Assembly: GCA_965223905.1 (NCBI GenBank)
Contig: CBDCXV010000002.1
Coordinates: forward strand, 576,001-640,000
Reading direction: 5' to 3'
Length of the DNA: 64,000 nucleotides
Source of the DNA: Candidatus Latescibacterota bacterium
GTDB lineage: Bacteria; Latescibacterota; UBA2968; UBA8231
Part shown: positions 19,678 to 29,400 of the stretch, in pieces
Numbering within the stretch: position 1 is the first letter of the stretch
Layout: each line of letters starts with the position of its first letter
Translations under genes and position numbers: made by a program
Notes under the pieces: model-generated
Told to the model about the DNA's origin: nothing
Seen by the model: the letters and a program-made list of their open reading frames with translations, nothing else
The model's database searches: none

Positions 19678-20751
19678 ATGGAAACGAAAAAGATGATCAG
19701 CCTGACCCTGGCCGAGCTGCTCGTAGTGAGCTGGGCCTGGGGGGCCGTAGCTGCCGACTGTGAGGCCGCGGACTACCTGCCGCCGGCCGTGGGCAACTCG
19801 TGTACTTACAAAGATTCTGCCCATTCGGCCATTGGGGATACCAAGGCTGCCCGGGCGGGGCTAATTCTGGAGACGTACGCGGATTCAGTCGGTGACCTCG
19901 CCGAGCCGCCGCCGGCAGGGGTGATCCTGAAAGGCGGTCAGATCGACAGCAGCAGGGTGGAGGTGGGCGCCTTTGCGGTGGTGATCCATGGGCAAGGGGA
20001 GCGGCACCCGCTATCCGGGGAGTGGGAAAGGCTGGAGACCGCCCGTGGCTACATCCAGGCCATCAATGGGGAGACGTTGACCCTATCCCAGGGACGAGAC
20101 GGCAGGCTGAAACCCATGGCCCTGGAGCGCATTCAAACGCTGGTCCAGGTAGGGTCACTTTCCCGGAGAGCGACGGGGCGGCCGCAGAGAGTACGGTCGG
20201 ATGGGCTGCCACAGGCCCTGGCGGTGGTAGATACGCAACATGTAGAAAGCGGCGCGACGTTGGATAGTCTGGCGGAGAGCAAAGGAACAAGAACTGGTAA
20301 GCGGGTTGCTCTCAAGCTAATCACCGGACCTTTTTTTGGGATGCTGGGGGGCGTGATAGGTGGCTCAAGCTGCGGTAGGAATCAAGATTTCGACTGTTTG
20401 GGACCTGTATTCGGTTATCTGGCCGGAATGGCGATTGGCGTTTCTGCGGTTGACTACAGTGTGGTTGATCCACGATACGACCCCTCTATGCTGTCCTTCA
20501 TCGCGGACACAGGCGTGTCCCTGGGCGGCAGTGTAGTGGGATTAAGCAGTGCAGTGTTATTAATGGAAGGCTTTGGGTTGACGATGGCCAATCCAGAGGT
20601 GCTCTGGCCATCCCTCCTTGCCGGCCCTGTCGTCGGTGCGACGCTGGCGTCGGAATGGTGGCGCAGGTTCTGCGCAGCCCGCGGTTTCTCAATCGGCTTT
20701 GCACCGAACCCGAGGGGCAGCTTGTCCGCGGTCGCCACGCTGCACTTTTGA
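19678..20751 (+). CDS. Exported Gly-rich hydrophobic-hairpin protein with conserved C-terminal beta-strand (family member 1)
   Basis: Signal-like N-terminus; VEVGAF..I domain; Gly-rich helices; ends FSIGFAPNPRGSLSAVATLHF. Confidence 0.65.
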   Translation: METKKMISLTLAELLVVSWAWGAVAADCEAADYLPPAVGNSCTYKDSAHSAIGDTKAARAGLILETYADSVGDLAEPPPAGVILKGGQIDSSRVEVGAFAVVIHGQGERHPLSGEWERLETARGYIQAINGETLTLSQGRDGRLKPMALERIQTLVQVGSLSRRATGRPQRVRSDGLPQALAVVDTQHVESGATLDSLAESKGTRTGKRVALKLITGPFFGMLGGVIGGSSCGRNQDFDCLGPVFGYLAGMAIGVSAVDYSVVDPRYDPSMLSFIADTGVSLGGSVVGLSSAVLLMEGFGLTMANPEVLWPSLLAGPVVGATLASEWWRRFCAARGFSIGFAPNPRGSLSAVATLHF

Positions 20752-20780
20752 ACAGAGCGCCTGAAGACAGAATTCACTAA

Positions 20781-21131
20781 AAAAAGAAGGAGAGTCCACA
20801 TGGAGGCTGGAATTTCGGAACAGCTCTTGGCGTAACAATAGTAGACCCATACGGTAAATTTACCTACATTTACGCATTTGCAGGAAGTTGGATGGGATTT
20901 GAAGCGGGTGGTATACTGGCCACCATAGTACACAATACATTAGTGAATACATCTGAAACCTCAAAAGCAAAGATAGCACTCGGTTTCTATTTCGGCGTTC
21001 CGGCGATCATGGCTGCGCTTGCATCCGAAGGAACGCGCGGTTTCCATGAAGAGGCCCGCTTCTCCGTCGGTCTGACCCCGGACCGCGGGGAGGTATGTCG
21101 GCCGTTTCCACGCTGCGATTTTGGACGATGA
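20781..21131 (+). pseudogene. Orphan C-terminal cassette of the same family (member 2)
   Basis: Start-less frame GTALGVTIVDP...LASE...RFSVGLTPDRG; SAVSTLRF continues in another frame. Confidence 0.65.
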
Positions 21132-21633
21132 CTCACTCCTGCATGAAGGAGGAAAAATGAGGCTCCTCTGGAGAATCTGTGGGTTGAGGAGGGGAGGCCT
21201 TGACGATGGGGATGGAGGAGGCCAGGTAGCACAGGCGCATCATCCCCCGGTATGTTGGGACAGTCCACCAAGACCGATCCCAACCTGTGGAGGGAATGAT
21301 GCGCCTGATCACGGTACTAAACCGGTGCACGACCTTCAAGAGGTTTGTGTTTGAGGGCAGTCACCCAGTGATCACCGGGTTTACTTACACAATCGGCTAA
21401 TGCACCCGTCCGGGAGTGGGGGACCACTGCCTCGCGTACCCCAGCGCGCACCGGTCATAGGCGTTCCCGACCAGGGCCCGGTAATCGGCCCCGGGGTCAG
21501 CGACGATTCTCATCGGAAAGGTCTTTTCTCCGGAAGTCGGGTTCGGGAATCTGGAACCGGCTCACGGACGAAGACGGTCCGCCTTCAAAGGGGCTTTGGC
21601 GCCTCGATGCGGTGATCCCCAATGCGTGAGGAC

Positions 21634-21882
21634 TGTCGCAAAATGGGACATTCGTTGAAAAATGCGACACATTCCCCGTCCCCTCTCCGAATATTCCCTG
21701 TAACTTGTTCAAAAACTTACAGTTGAAGTCTCCCCGCAACAGGGCATTCGGTCGTCGGGCGGGATGGGCGTGTCGCATTTTGAAACACTTCCCGAAATCT
21801 TGCCAGGAAACCCACATACGATATAACTCCCGCATATACCGTATGTTAGTCTGTTTTCAAACAAAATGGCACAGAATTTGCA
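21634..21882 (+). promoter_or_regulatory. Sigma54 promoter module, copy 2
   Basis: TGGCACAGAATTTGCA at 21867; palindromes at 21634, 21653 and 21771; colinear similarity to copy 1. Confidence 0.8.
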
Positions 21883-22332
21883 AACCGGATCTTAACAAGC
21901 AGGGAGGGTACAGCGCGCCCGAACCCGGTGATCTACGGATAGGAGAGGTGGGCGCCCATAGCAGAGATAAAGGGGGCAAGGGGGGATATTTTTGCTCCAA
22001 AACAAATTTAGGTATTGGTATTGACAAGGGCATATTGGCGGGGTTTCTTGTTCGGGCCAAGCGAAACCCTGCGCAGTTAGGCGCAATTACACTTAGGGCG
22101 CTGTGTGTAGCGAATGATGGAGTGGGTTTTGGCAGCGGCGAAGGCGCCCTGTGCTCGTGCACTTTCCCCGCGCTCATGCAAAAGGGCCCGAATCACGTAA
22201 GCGGTGGCGGTGTCTGGGCGCTTGTTTTGGCAACCAGAGGGTCATCTTGTGTGCGATGATATCAGTAGAGTAGTCCATAACTTGGGACGTGAAATTCAGA
22301 TGCTCGCCACGGTACCCATAGGAGATTACTCG

Positions 22333-22790
22333 ATGAAATGTCGTGGGATGAGATTGCCAATGTTCATGCTCGTTTTTTTGGTTAGCTATTCAGCCGTTGT
22401 GGCCGTCCATGAAATCGATGAGCCCGATTCTCTCCGGTTAGAACTCGATCCGCACGACTACGTCCCATTGGCGGTGGGTAATCGCTGGACGTACGAGCAT
22501 CACTATGCGAATGACACGTATCCCGGTACCGAGTCGGAATACCTGAAGGCCTTCGAGATACCGGGTTATCCGCATGGACGGGACAATCCCGTTCCGCCGG
22601 AATCCCTGACCCATGTAGAAAGGATGTTGACCATTGAAATCACTCATACTGAAATGATCGATGGCTTCGAGTACTATGTCTTTAGTGACGCGGATTATGC
22701 GTGGCCGCCCTTGCCCGAATTGGGACGAAGGGTTTCTGGTTTTTCGATGGGACGGGCAGGATGTTCCAGTGTATGACTTTAAATACAACT
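22333..22790 (+). pseudogene. Truncated/frameshifted secreted protein (DYxPLAVGNxWTY family)
   Basis: RBS GGAG; signal peptide; plausible continuation DEGFLVFRWDGQDVPVYDF lies in another frame. Confidence 0.55.
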
Positions 22791-22824
22791 TGGCCAATTC
22801 AGGAATCGAAAAGTGATTTTTTCA

Positions 22825-24180
22825 GGCTCATCCGGTTTGAGAGTGGGCCCCCCCAAGATGTAGTGGTATCATAGGGCTGCCGTCCCTGTCCCACCCTCAT
22901 CGGGGAGTGCCGTCGTGGAAGACCTCAAGCAGTTCTATGCCCGTCTGTTGCGAATCGAGCGGCCCTGGATCGTCATCGAGGTGCGGTTTCCGGACCAGGA
23001 GCGAGTCGACGTCTACGTGGATCATGAGCGCGGGATCAAGCTGCGCTGCCCTCGGTGCGACGCCTGGTGTCCCGTCTACGACCACTGCCCCGAGCGGGAA
23101 TGGCGGCACCTGGACACGTGCGACGTGCCCACCTACGTCCATACCCGCCTGCCCCGGGTGCAGTGCAAGGTCCACGGCGTGCTGTCCATCGCCTCGGAGT
23201 GGGCCGAGCCCGGCTCGAATCTGACCCGGGCCCTGGAGGCCCACGTCATCGACTTGGCCAAGGAGGCCAGCCTGCAGGCGGTGAGCCGTCTCACCGGGCT
23301 CAGCTGGGACCGCTGTTGGGGGGTCCTGGGCCGCGCCGTCCGCCGGGGCCAGCGCCGCAAGGCGTGGAAGGTGCCGGCCCATCTCGGCGTCGACGAGAAG
23401 GCCTTCGCCAAACGTCATCAGTACATGACCCTGGTCTGTGACCTGGAGACCAAGAGCGTGGAATACGTGGCCGAGGGCCGCCGCTGGGAGAGCCTGGAGG
23501 AGTATTTCCTCCCCTTCGACGAGGAGGAGCTGGAGCGGATCGAGGCCATCTGTGTGGACATGCACGACCCCTACATCGCGGCCGTGCGAGCCTGGGTGCC
23601 CGACGCCCAGGACAAGATCGTGTTCGACAAGTTCCATGTCCTGCGTCTGATGAACGAGGCCGTCGACCGGGTGCGCCGCCAGGAGCACAAGAAGCTGCGG
23701 GCCCAGCACGACGAGGTGCTCAAGGGGACCAAGTATCTCTGGCTCTACCACCCCGACCACATCCCCGAGGCCCTGCTGCCCCGATTCGAGGAGCTGCGTC
23801 GCATGGACCTGCAGGTCAGCCGCGCCTGGGCCCTCAAGGAGAACTTGCGGCAACTGTGGACCTACCGCCGCGAGGGCTGGGCTCGTCGCTTCTTCCGACG
23901 CTGGTATTTCTGGGCCACCCATAGCCGGCTGCCGCCCGTGATCGCGGTGGCCCGCACCCTGAAGCGGCGGCTCGACAACATCCTGACCTACCTGCGACAC
24001 CGGATCACCAACGCCCTCAACGAGTCCCTGAACGCCCAAGTGGAGAAGGTCAAGCGCATGGCCCGCGGCTATCGCAACCGCGCCCACTTCCAAACCGCCA
24101 TCTACTTCCATTGCGGCGGACTCGACCTCTATCCACGCCCACAACATGTAGGGGCTACCCACAGTAATTCCCGATGAGCC
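22825..24180 (+). mobile_element. Complete ISL3-family insertion sequence
   Basis: Imperfect terminal IRs GGCTCATCCGGTTTGAGAGTGGG / GGCTCATCGGGAATTACTGTGGG; 8-bp target duplication TTTTTTCA at 22817-22824 and 24181-24188. Confidence 0.95.
22915..24177 (+). CDS. ISL3 family transposase
   Basis: CPRC zinc finger, WRHLD, GVDE, DM, DKFHV, TNA..ES.N, ARGYRN, FHCGGLDLYP. Confidence 0.97.
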   Translation: MEDLKQFYARLLRIERPWIVIEVRFPDQERVDVYVDHERGIKLRCPRCDAWCPVYDHCPEREWRHLDTCDVPTYVHTRLPRVQCKVHGVLSIASEWAEPGSNLTRALEAHVIDLAKEASLQAVSRLTGLSWDRCWGVLGRAVRRGQRRKAWKVPAHLGVDEKAFAKRHQYMTLVCDLETKSVEYVAEGRRWESLEEYFLPFDEEELERIEAICVDMHDPYIAAVRAWVPDAQDKIVFDKFHVLRLMNEAVDRVRRQEHKKLRAQHDEVLKGTKYLWLYHPDHIPEALLPRFEELRRMDLQVSRAWALKENLRQLWTYRREGWARRFFRRWYFWATHSRLPPVIAVARTLKRRLDNILTYLRHRITNALNESLNAQVEKVKRMARGYRNRAHFQTAIYFHCGGLDLYPRPQHVGATHSNSR

Positions 24181-24187
24181 TTTTTTC

Positions 24188-24325
24188 ATGACAGCGCGCG
24201 TTTTACTGGTAGCCGATCATTCGGTCATGCAGGAAGGGTTGCGGGTATTGCTCGGTCGTGAAGACGATATAAAAGTCGTCGGCGTGGCCGGGGACGGCCG
24301 CACCGCCGTCGAAATGGCCCCTGAT
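24188..24325 (+). pseudogene. NarL/FixJ-type response-regulator receiver N-terminal remnant
   Basis: MTARVLLVADHSVMQEGLRVLL..EDDIKVVGVAGDGRTAVEMA, then unrelated sequence. Confidence 0.7.
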
Positions 24326-24705
24326 CATTTCGAAAGACAAAAAGCAGCATTTCGGAAGGCCAATATCAGACATTCGCCCACAGACTGGCTCCCGGCTGGT
24401 TGCTATCTTCTTGGGCGGCAGGTATCCCAGATTTTTCAGGGACGGTCGGCCGGGGGGTTCCGGCCGGCACATCCGGGTTTCATGGCCGGCTTAACCAGGG
24501 CGCCTGCAACCCATCTGGGCAAGTAATGCACCCTGGGACGTAGTCTTGGTCACTTTGGGGATACTACCCCTAGACATGCCGGCAATACTGCGGTGAACGA
24601 CGCGGTGGACCAGTTCAAGTACGACGACCTGCCGCACCTCTACACGCGTTTCAGGGACGGTCGCCTGATCCCGGTGCCGTCCAGCTAACGATGGAGGATT
24701 TCAAG

Positions 24706-24980
24706 CGCTTTTTCAGCGGCTTGCCCCCGGCGACCGCCTCGACCGAGACGATGCGCACGCGGCGGGGCCAGCGGCGCTGGCGTTCGGAGACGCCGTGGAC
24801 CTCGGCGAGAATGCGCTGAGAGAAAATATAATTTGTGCAAAAGCATAATATATTTTGGCAAATTCAAAGTGCAGTTATAGCGGGGTGACGCCGAGTTCGG
24901 CCCCGGCGCGGGCCAAGTTCTGGTGGCGGGCGGCGGCCTCGAAGAAGCGCAGGCTTTCGAGTGGGGGCAGGAGCAGCACG
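24706..24980 (-). pseudogene. LysR-family regulator remnant in two pieces
   Basis: LPPLESLRFFEAAARHQNLARAGAELGVTP HTH; RILAEVHGVSERQR...VRIVSVEAVA follows after an AT-rich interruption. Confidence 0.65.
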
Positions 24981-25146
24981 GCAGCGAAACTTCCGGAAGG
25001 GCTTGGGTAAATTGCGGCTATGTGATCGCACATTTTCGCGTGGGGGGGGCAAGCCGGTCTCTGGGGGGAAACCGGGAGAGAGGGCAAGTCCCCCGGCCGA
25101 CGCAACATCTATGGGCAAATATAATTTGTCAAACCCCCAGAAGCCA

Positions 25147-25187
25147 GGGATAGTTTAACTATGTCATAGGCATTGTTAAACTATCCC
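25147..25187. repeat. 41-bp near-perfect inverted repeat
   Basis: GGGATAGTTTAAC ... GTTAAACTATCCC with inner ATGTC/GGCAT pairing. Confidence 0.85.
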
Positions 25188-25213
25188 AAATTACACTTAT
25201 CGCAAATTACACC

Positions 25214-25241
25214 TTGCCTTTTTGGGGAAATCAGTTAGAAT
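25214..25241 (+). promoter_or_regulatory. Putative sigma70 promoter for the 25505 operon
   Basis: TTGCCT-N16-TAGAAT in an AT-rich stretch. Confidence 0.4.
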
Positions 25242-25504
25242 TAAACTTTAATCCGTGAAGCGGGGAGCCTGATTTTTTTTGCTTGTCGAGGGGAAACTAG
25301 GGGTTACAAAATCGGCTAATGCACCCTGTCGACCTACCGGATTCACGGACTACGAGGACGAACCAGACGATTCCGGCCAGCCCCCCGGTGCAGCTACGGT
25401 TTCTGCCACTGCAAGCCGCTCCTGGGGATTCGTCAAGGATTTGTTTTTAAATCGCTAAGCAACACCCCTCCCGATCATACTTTCATGCGAAAGGAGCCGC
25501 AGCC

Positions 25505-26416
25505 ATGAACCGCCGCATTTTTGCGCTCGTCCTGCTGTTGACCTGGCCCGCTGGCGGCCACGAACTGAATAACACGGTCTATCCGGCGTTTCAGTGGCCG
25601 TGGGGTGCAGATGAAATTCTGGTCGACGGCGTCATCGACGATTTGGCCATTGTTCCTTTGTTCGAATTTGGCCATTGGATTTCGTCTACGGAGCTTCGAA
25701 ATGAAGAAGGGGAAGCCCCCGACCCCAATTCTCTGTATTCCGAAATTCTCGTCCTCTGGGACGACTACACCAACAGGATATATCTGCTGGAATTTCGGTA
25801 TGACGACCATGTGTATCAGTCCAGCGACCTAGATGGCGACATCTTCCTCCTCAAGGCAGGTTTGAACCCCGAGGGTAGCGCGACCCAAGCCCATTTCATG
25901 GGCGTGAGACCGGACTCGATTTATTTGGCTCCGCTTCGAAATACCTGGCACGACGAGCCTCCCTATGTAGAAAAGGCTTTCTCGTCCATCGACAAAATGT
26001 GGCCTGGTACATTCCCGGAAGCGACGGTGTACGAGGATTGGCTGTACATCGAATCGAGCTGGACCCTGTGGGAAGAATTGGTCTATGGGGAGTCTGGCGA
26101 AGTGCAATCGGCGGTGGAGTTCGACCTGGAAGAAGGCCAGATCATCGGTCTCGCATGGGAGTATTGGGATCTCGACCGCTCGAAAGGCCCGGGCCCCGAA
26201 GTCTGGTACAGCGTCGACCATAGGCCCGGATTGACTCGCTTCGAAAATTGGGCCCTGTCCGCTTTTCTGCTGGAACCCGAGACCCCTGGGTTCTATGGTT
26301 GGGTTTACGGATTCCAGGATCCACCTAGCCTACCCGAAGACGACGGATCCGAGGATGATTCCGCGGTTGTTGCCCGCAGCTGGGGATCCCTCAAGGACCT
26401 GTTTCGGAATCGTTGA
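25505..26416 (+). CDS. Secreted CBM9/DOMON-like protein with C-terminal WGxLK tail
   Basis: RBS AAGGAG; signal peptide; ILVDG..DD; DLEEGQIIGL; ends SAVVARSWGSLKDLFR. Confidence 0.75.
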   Translation: MNRRIFALVLLLTWPAGGHELNNTVYPAFQWPWGADEILVDGVIDDLAIVPLFEFGHWISSTELRNEEGEAPDPNSLYSEILVLWDDYTNRIYLLEFRYDDHVYQSSDLDGDIFLLKAGLNPEGSATQAHFMGVRPDSIYLAPLRNTWHDEPPYVEKAFSSIDKMWPGTFPEATVYEDWLYIESSWTLWEELVYGESGEVQSAVEFDLEEGQIIGLAWEYWDLDRSKGPGPEVWYSVDHRPGLTRFENWALSAFLLEPETPGFYGWVYGFQDPPSLPEDDGSEDDSAVVARSWGSLKDLFRNR

Positions 26417-26444
26417 ACCCGCCCCTCCCGAAGAAAGGGATCTG

Positions 26445-29400
26445 ATGATCCGGCTGTTGCCCGTGTTGCTTGCCCTGATGCCTGTATCCGCTCTGGCATT
26501 CGTGTGCGGATTCGCACTCGACGAAACCGATGAGCAGGCGGCTGCCGCAAAGGCGGCTGCCGGGTCGATTGATTTCACCCAGGACGACATAAGCCTGTTG
26601 CTTCTGTTTGGAACGTACCAGGGTGATACGACCGGGCCAATTTCTCTGTCCGGAAGCAACATCTCTGGCTCGGCAGGCGATTCTGATGATGTCCCGATGT
26701 ATTCGCCGTCTGATTTTTTCGACATCGGCATGCCGGGCAGCCTTTCCCACTACATGCGGGAAATGTCCGGAAACGATCTCACGATCACGGGCACCCCCGA
26801 TGACCTCATGACAACGTGGCATCAGTCAACGACGGGAACGGAATTTGCCGCTTACAACAACGGACCAGACGATTGCCCTGGTGGCGTAGGTCCTATGAAA
26901 ACTTTTGCACGTGAAGTCCTTGCCGCAGCCTATAATGAACACGGCGGAGATGACAGGATTCCCTTTGAGGACTACGATGCGCTTGGCGTGGTGATTCCGA
27001 AGGATTTTAAGAAATGCGCCAATGGAACCGTCATCTTGAGCTACCCTTTCGATGTTCCCGGGCAGTCGGCGGAATACCGGAAGGTGCTGATCATTACGCT
27101 GGAAAAGTTCGACCGCATGGTGGGGTTCATGGCTCATGAGTACGGTCATTTCATGGGCCTGCCGGAATTGTTCGATCGCAGCCACCGTCAACCCCGACTC
27201 CGGGAGCGTGCCGACCTGAGAGCCGATCGGCTGAAAGAGGACGACATAGACGACCTGTCAGAGGCTCGGCTCCACGCCCAGGAAGAACACGACCTGTATC
27301 TTCACAGCGCCGGTCTGGGGTTCTGGGGCCTGATGGCCGGCGGTGCCCGCGGGTGGCAGGTGGTAGACCAGGAGGTGCAAAACGAGGACGAGTCGACCGA
27401 GACCACGTTCTTTCATTTTCCGGCCCCGCATCCCATGACCGCATGGTCTCGACTGGAGGTCGGCTGGCTGGACGAGAATGTCATCCAGGGGAACTCCACG
27501 GTCACCGTCAAGGACATATCCGAAGAAAGCGAGGCGTACAAGATCCCGATCTCCGGGACCGATCAGTATTTCCTGTTCGAAAACCGCCAGAACACCTACG
27601 ACGCAGATGACGACAACTCCGTGGGCAGTCCGTATGCCGAACACGATCCGAAAAGCGGACTGTTCATATGGCACGTGGACGAAAATACGGGCATCGGCAA
27701 CGATGCCAACGAATGGGAGGAGCGCAAGCGTGTCGACTTGGAATGCGCCGACGGGCTGAGCCTGGGCCATTCGACCACCGGTGCGGCGGACTCGGAAACC
27801 GGGCTGGATGGTATGGACAGACGGCACCACGTGCCGGACGAACGATTTGACCCCCAGGAGTTTGGAGGCGACAACGGCGACGCGGGCGACCTGTGGGACG
27901 GCACTGCGGGCAAAAGGAAGTTCACGCCGGATTCCAACCCGTCGAGCAACGGCTACGAGACGTGGACAAAACCCACGGAAAAGTTCCGGGAGATTTTTAG
28001 TGGCGAGGTCGGATTCGATCCGGAACTGGGTTCGGGCGATACCCTGCTTGCGGGGTACGGAAAGCCCCAAAACGTCTTTTCCGGCATCTATATCGAAAAC
28101 ATCCGAAGCAACGAATCTCCGGCCGGCTCCATGAGCTTCGACGTCCTTTTCGCTCCGATGGCCCCGCAAAACCTGGAAGCCCTGTCCGGCGGGCGGCTGG
28201 TGGAGCTCATGTGGGATCCCCCGGCGAACAGCGATTTTGCCGGTATTTCTTCCTGGACCGTCCGGTACCGCTTGAAGCCCCCGGGTTCCATCGTCGAACG
28301 GGGGCCCCGCAGACCCGAATGGACCGACATCGAGAATCTGGCTGCGGACACCGGGTTGTACGTGGTCAGAAACCTGGAAAACGAACGAACCTATGAGTTT
28401 GAAGTTTTCGCCACGGGCAGCGACTACGAGAATCCGGACGGCACCGAGTACAGCAAGAAAAGAGGCGAGCGGGCCCGGGTGGAAGGCACTCCTGACCGGG
28501 TCATGTTCGTGGGAAAAGAATCGATTGACACCAAGGAGGTGATCCTGCCGGACCCCGACTGGGACGTGTCTCTGGACCTGTACGAGCTGGCCGCGGGTAC
28601 GAACTGGATGCTGAAAAGCTCCGAGGAGAACGGCACGGACCACGAGCTGTTCCAGCTGAAGGGATCGGGCGGCTCCCGGGATCTTCACTTCAGGGATCCG
28701 CCCGACTTCGAGCACTCGCGGTATGCGAGCGCGGACCGGACGCACAACATCGTCATCCAGGCCACGGTCGGGGGGACCGATTACACGAAGAACGTCTCCG
28801 TAACGATCGAAAACCTGGAGGAGGAAGGTTCCGTTACGCTGTCGACCGAGGATGCTCGAGCGGGCCAGCCGATTACGGCGACCCTGACGGATCCGGACAT
28901 TGTCGATACCGAATCGGTCACGTGGCAGTGGAAAAGGGAAGTATGGAAGGAGGTGGAAGGAGGTGGCCACTCCCTCTCATACCCCGAGGACGAACTCATC
29001 GATGGGGCTACCTCCGCTGGAGCTACCTCCGCAACGTATGAGCCCACAGGCGAAGATGTCGGGTTCCGGCTCAAGGCGACCGCTTCCTACACGGACGGAG
29101 AAAGCGGCAGCACCCGTCGGGAGAAAAGCTCCGAAAAAACTCTCAAAACGAAGGGACCCTTGGTCTCGCCCATGGACGTCGAGTTTGCCGAAAAGGATAC
29201 CCAGCCCGTGGGGACGGCCGTCGTGAATGACGCAGATGGCAACGCGGTTACCGAAAACGTGACCTGGTCCCTGGACCTGGACCGGGGAACCGAACAGCAG
29301 GACGAGGCCGAGTTCACGATCTCGACGGGCGGCGTGCTGGAGTTCAAGGAGCCGCCCAATTACGAGAAGCCCACATCGGTCGTCGATCCGTTGTTGGATT

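Noticed and set aside
24835-24866. dif/Xer-like site (GCATAATATATTTTGGCAAAT)
   Set aside because: The XerD arm does not fit TTATGTTAAAT at the required spacing
25288-25335. c-di-GMP riboswitch
   Set aside because: GGAAAC is present but the other class I/II conserved elements are absent
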